Source: Callorhinchus milii (lineage: Eukaryota). From it: a DNA stretch of 64,000 bases. Made by a program: the position numbers and the translations under genes. The notes beneath the pieces are model-generated. The model was not told the origin of the DNA. It was given only the letters and a program-made list of their open reading frames with translations, and searched no databases. The stretch's first letter is position 1, and each line of letters starts with the position of its first letter. Location of the stretch: NCBI RefSeq assembly GCF_018977255.1, contig NW_024704742.1, positions 67,210,001 through 67,274,000 on the forward strand. Direction: 5' to 3'. Positions 62,810-64,000 of this stretch are shown here, in pieces.

Positions 62810-63155
62810 TGGGACCTAATAGAGATGTTTAAAATTATAAAAGGGTTTGATAAGGTTGGCATAAATAGGCTGCTTCCACTGGTTGGGGAGTCCATAACCA
62901 GGGGACGCAAGTATAAGATAGCGAGTATGGGATGTAGAAGAGAATTTAGGAGGAGTGCCTTCATGCAGAGGGTAGTGAGACTGTGGAACTCAGTGCCTGA
63001 AGCGGTGGTTAAATCAGATAGTGTAGATGCAATCAAGAGGAAGCTAAACCTTCACATGAGGGAGAGGATATTAGAAGGATATGGAAGGGAGTAAGAAATG
63101 GGTGAAGATTCTTGTGTAGTTAAACACTGTTAACCTGTTTCCGTGCTGTACATTC
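62810..63155 (+). mobile_element. CR1 LINE 3' fragment inserted in a Deu-SINE
   Basis: MFKIIKGFDKV....LLPLVGESITRG...RVVRLWNSVP. Confidence 0.9.
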
Positions 63156-64000
63156 TTTCCAAATCTTCATAAGGAGATTTTCTGTCAGTTCAGGTCCACG
63201 TTAAAAATCCTATGGCACGACAGAGAAAGAGAAGGGAGTTTCTCCTGGTGTCCTGGCCAATAATCCCCAGACAATGTCAATTATTCTCTTCATGTCTGCT
63301 TGTGGAACATTGTGGTGCGCAAATTGGCTGCTGCATTTGTTGTTGCATTTACTTACAAAATACAGTCACTGCACTTCACAGAAAAGGATTTACTTTGTAA
63401 GCAAAATACAGATATGTTTCAATGACTTGATAAGCTGCTGTATCAAATGCAAGGATTACTATTATTAATACTCTTTCCCTGTGCCTCAACACACCGCATT
63501 TGCTCACCTTACTCTTGTCTTCACTTCTTACAATATACAGGCTTGTATAAAACAGTTTTTGGCGGCATTTAACTCCTGCTTCTTGATTTATCTCATCATA
63601 TCTTCTATTCTTTCCAGGCTCAGTGCTGTTGGGCTCGGCTCTAAGCTTTCTCAATAAAAAAACCTGCCTTGTGTTTATTCCTAGTGACTCTCACTCTGAG
63701 CCAAATAAATTTTTTGGAGTTTTATATCAATGAAAAAAAAACAGTCACAAAATTTAACCACTATTTCTTTTTCCTCTTACTTGGCAACAAGTTGAAATAG
63801 CTGCAGACATAGTTTAGTCACAGTCTTTTAACTTAAGAACTTTTAAATAAATCATTGCTTTTCATCCTTTCTGCCTCCTTTACCTAAAATAGGTGTCAGC
63901 TTGGCTCAGTTGGTAGCACTCTTGCTTCTGAGTCAGAGGAGATGGGCTCCAGCCCTATATCAATCATTCCCTTGTGCCATACCGAAACTCTGGAACACTC

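Noticed and set aside
32500..64000. Second protein-coding gene (e.g. FGFRL1 3' exons on the minus strand)
   Set aside because: I found no Ig-domain, transmembrane or His-rich tail exons, nor any other spliceable coding chain, by eye.
1..64000. CRISPR array or prokaryotic defence/RT system
   Set aside because: The sequence is a spliced vertebrate locus; the repeats are dispersed SINE/LINE copies, not regularly spaced direct repeats.

Overview
Eukaryotic (vertebrate) genomic DNA. The repeat landscape suggests a cartilaginous fish, possibly a chimaera; this is an inference from Deu-domain SINEs, abundant L2/CR1 LINEs and a Penelope-type tail. The only protein-coding gene I can support is RNF212 (meiotic crossover RING E3 ligase, Zip3/ZHP-3 family) on the + strand. 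I reconstructed it by hand as 13 GT-AG coding exons from ATG 495 to TAA 26617 (879 nt, 292 aa). A probable terminal 3'UTR exon lies at about 32027-32445, and the 5' non-coding exon must lie upstream of the window. The rest is intronic or intergenic and dominated by decayed transposable elements: L2 and CR1 fragments, a tRNA-Ala-headed SINE and a Deu-domain SINE that both carry an L2-derived tail, and several MITE-like elements. Almost all ORF-track entries are TE fragments or noise. The most interesting observations are a CpG-rich promoter-like island with its own splice donor in RNF212 intron 4, minimal hammerhead ribozyme motifs in Penelope-type repeats, unclassified inverted-repeat elements, perfect hairpins, and Hox/Cdx/TCF motif clusters downstream of the gene. 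TE boundaries are approximate, and family names were assigned from memory without a database search.
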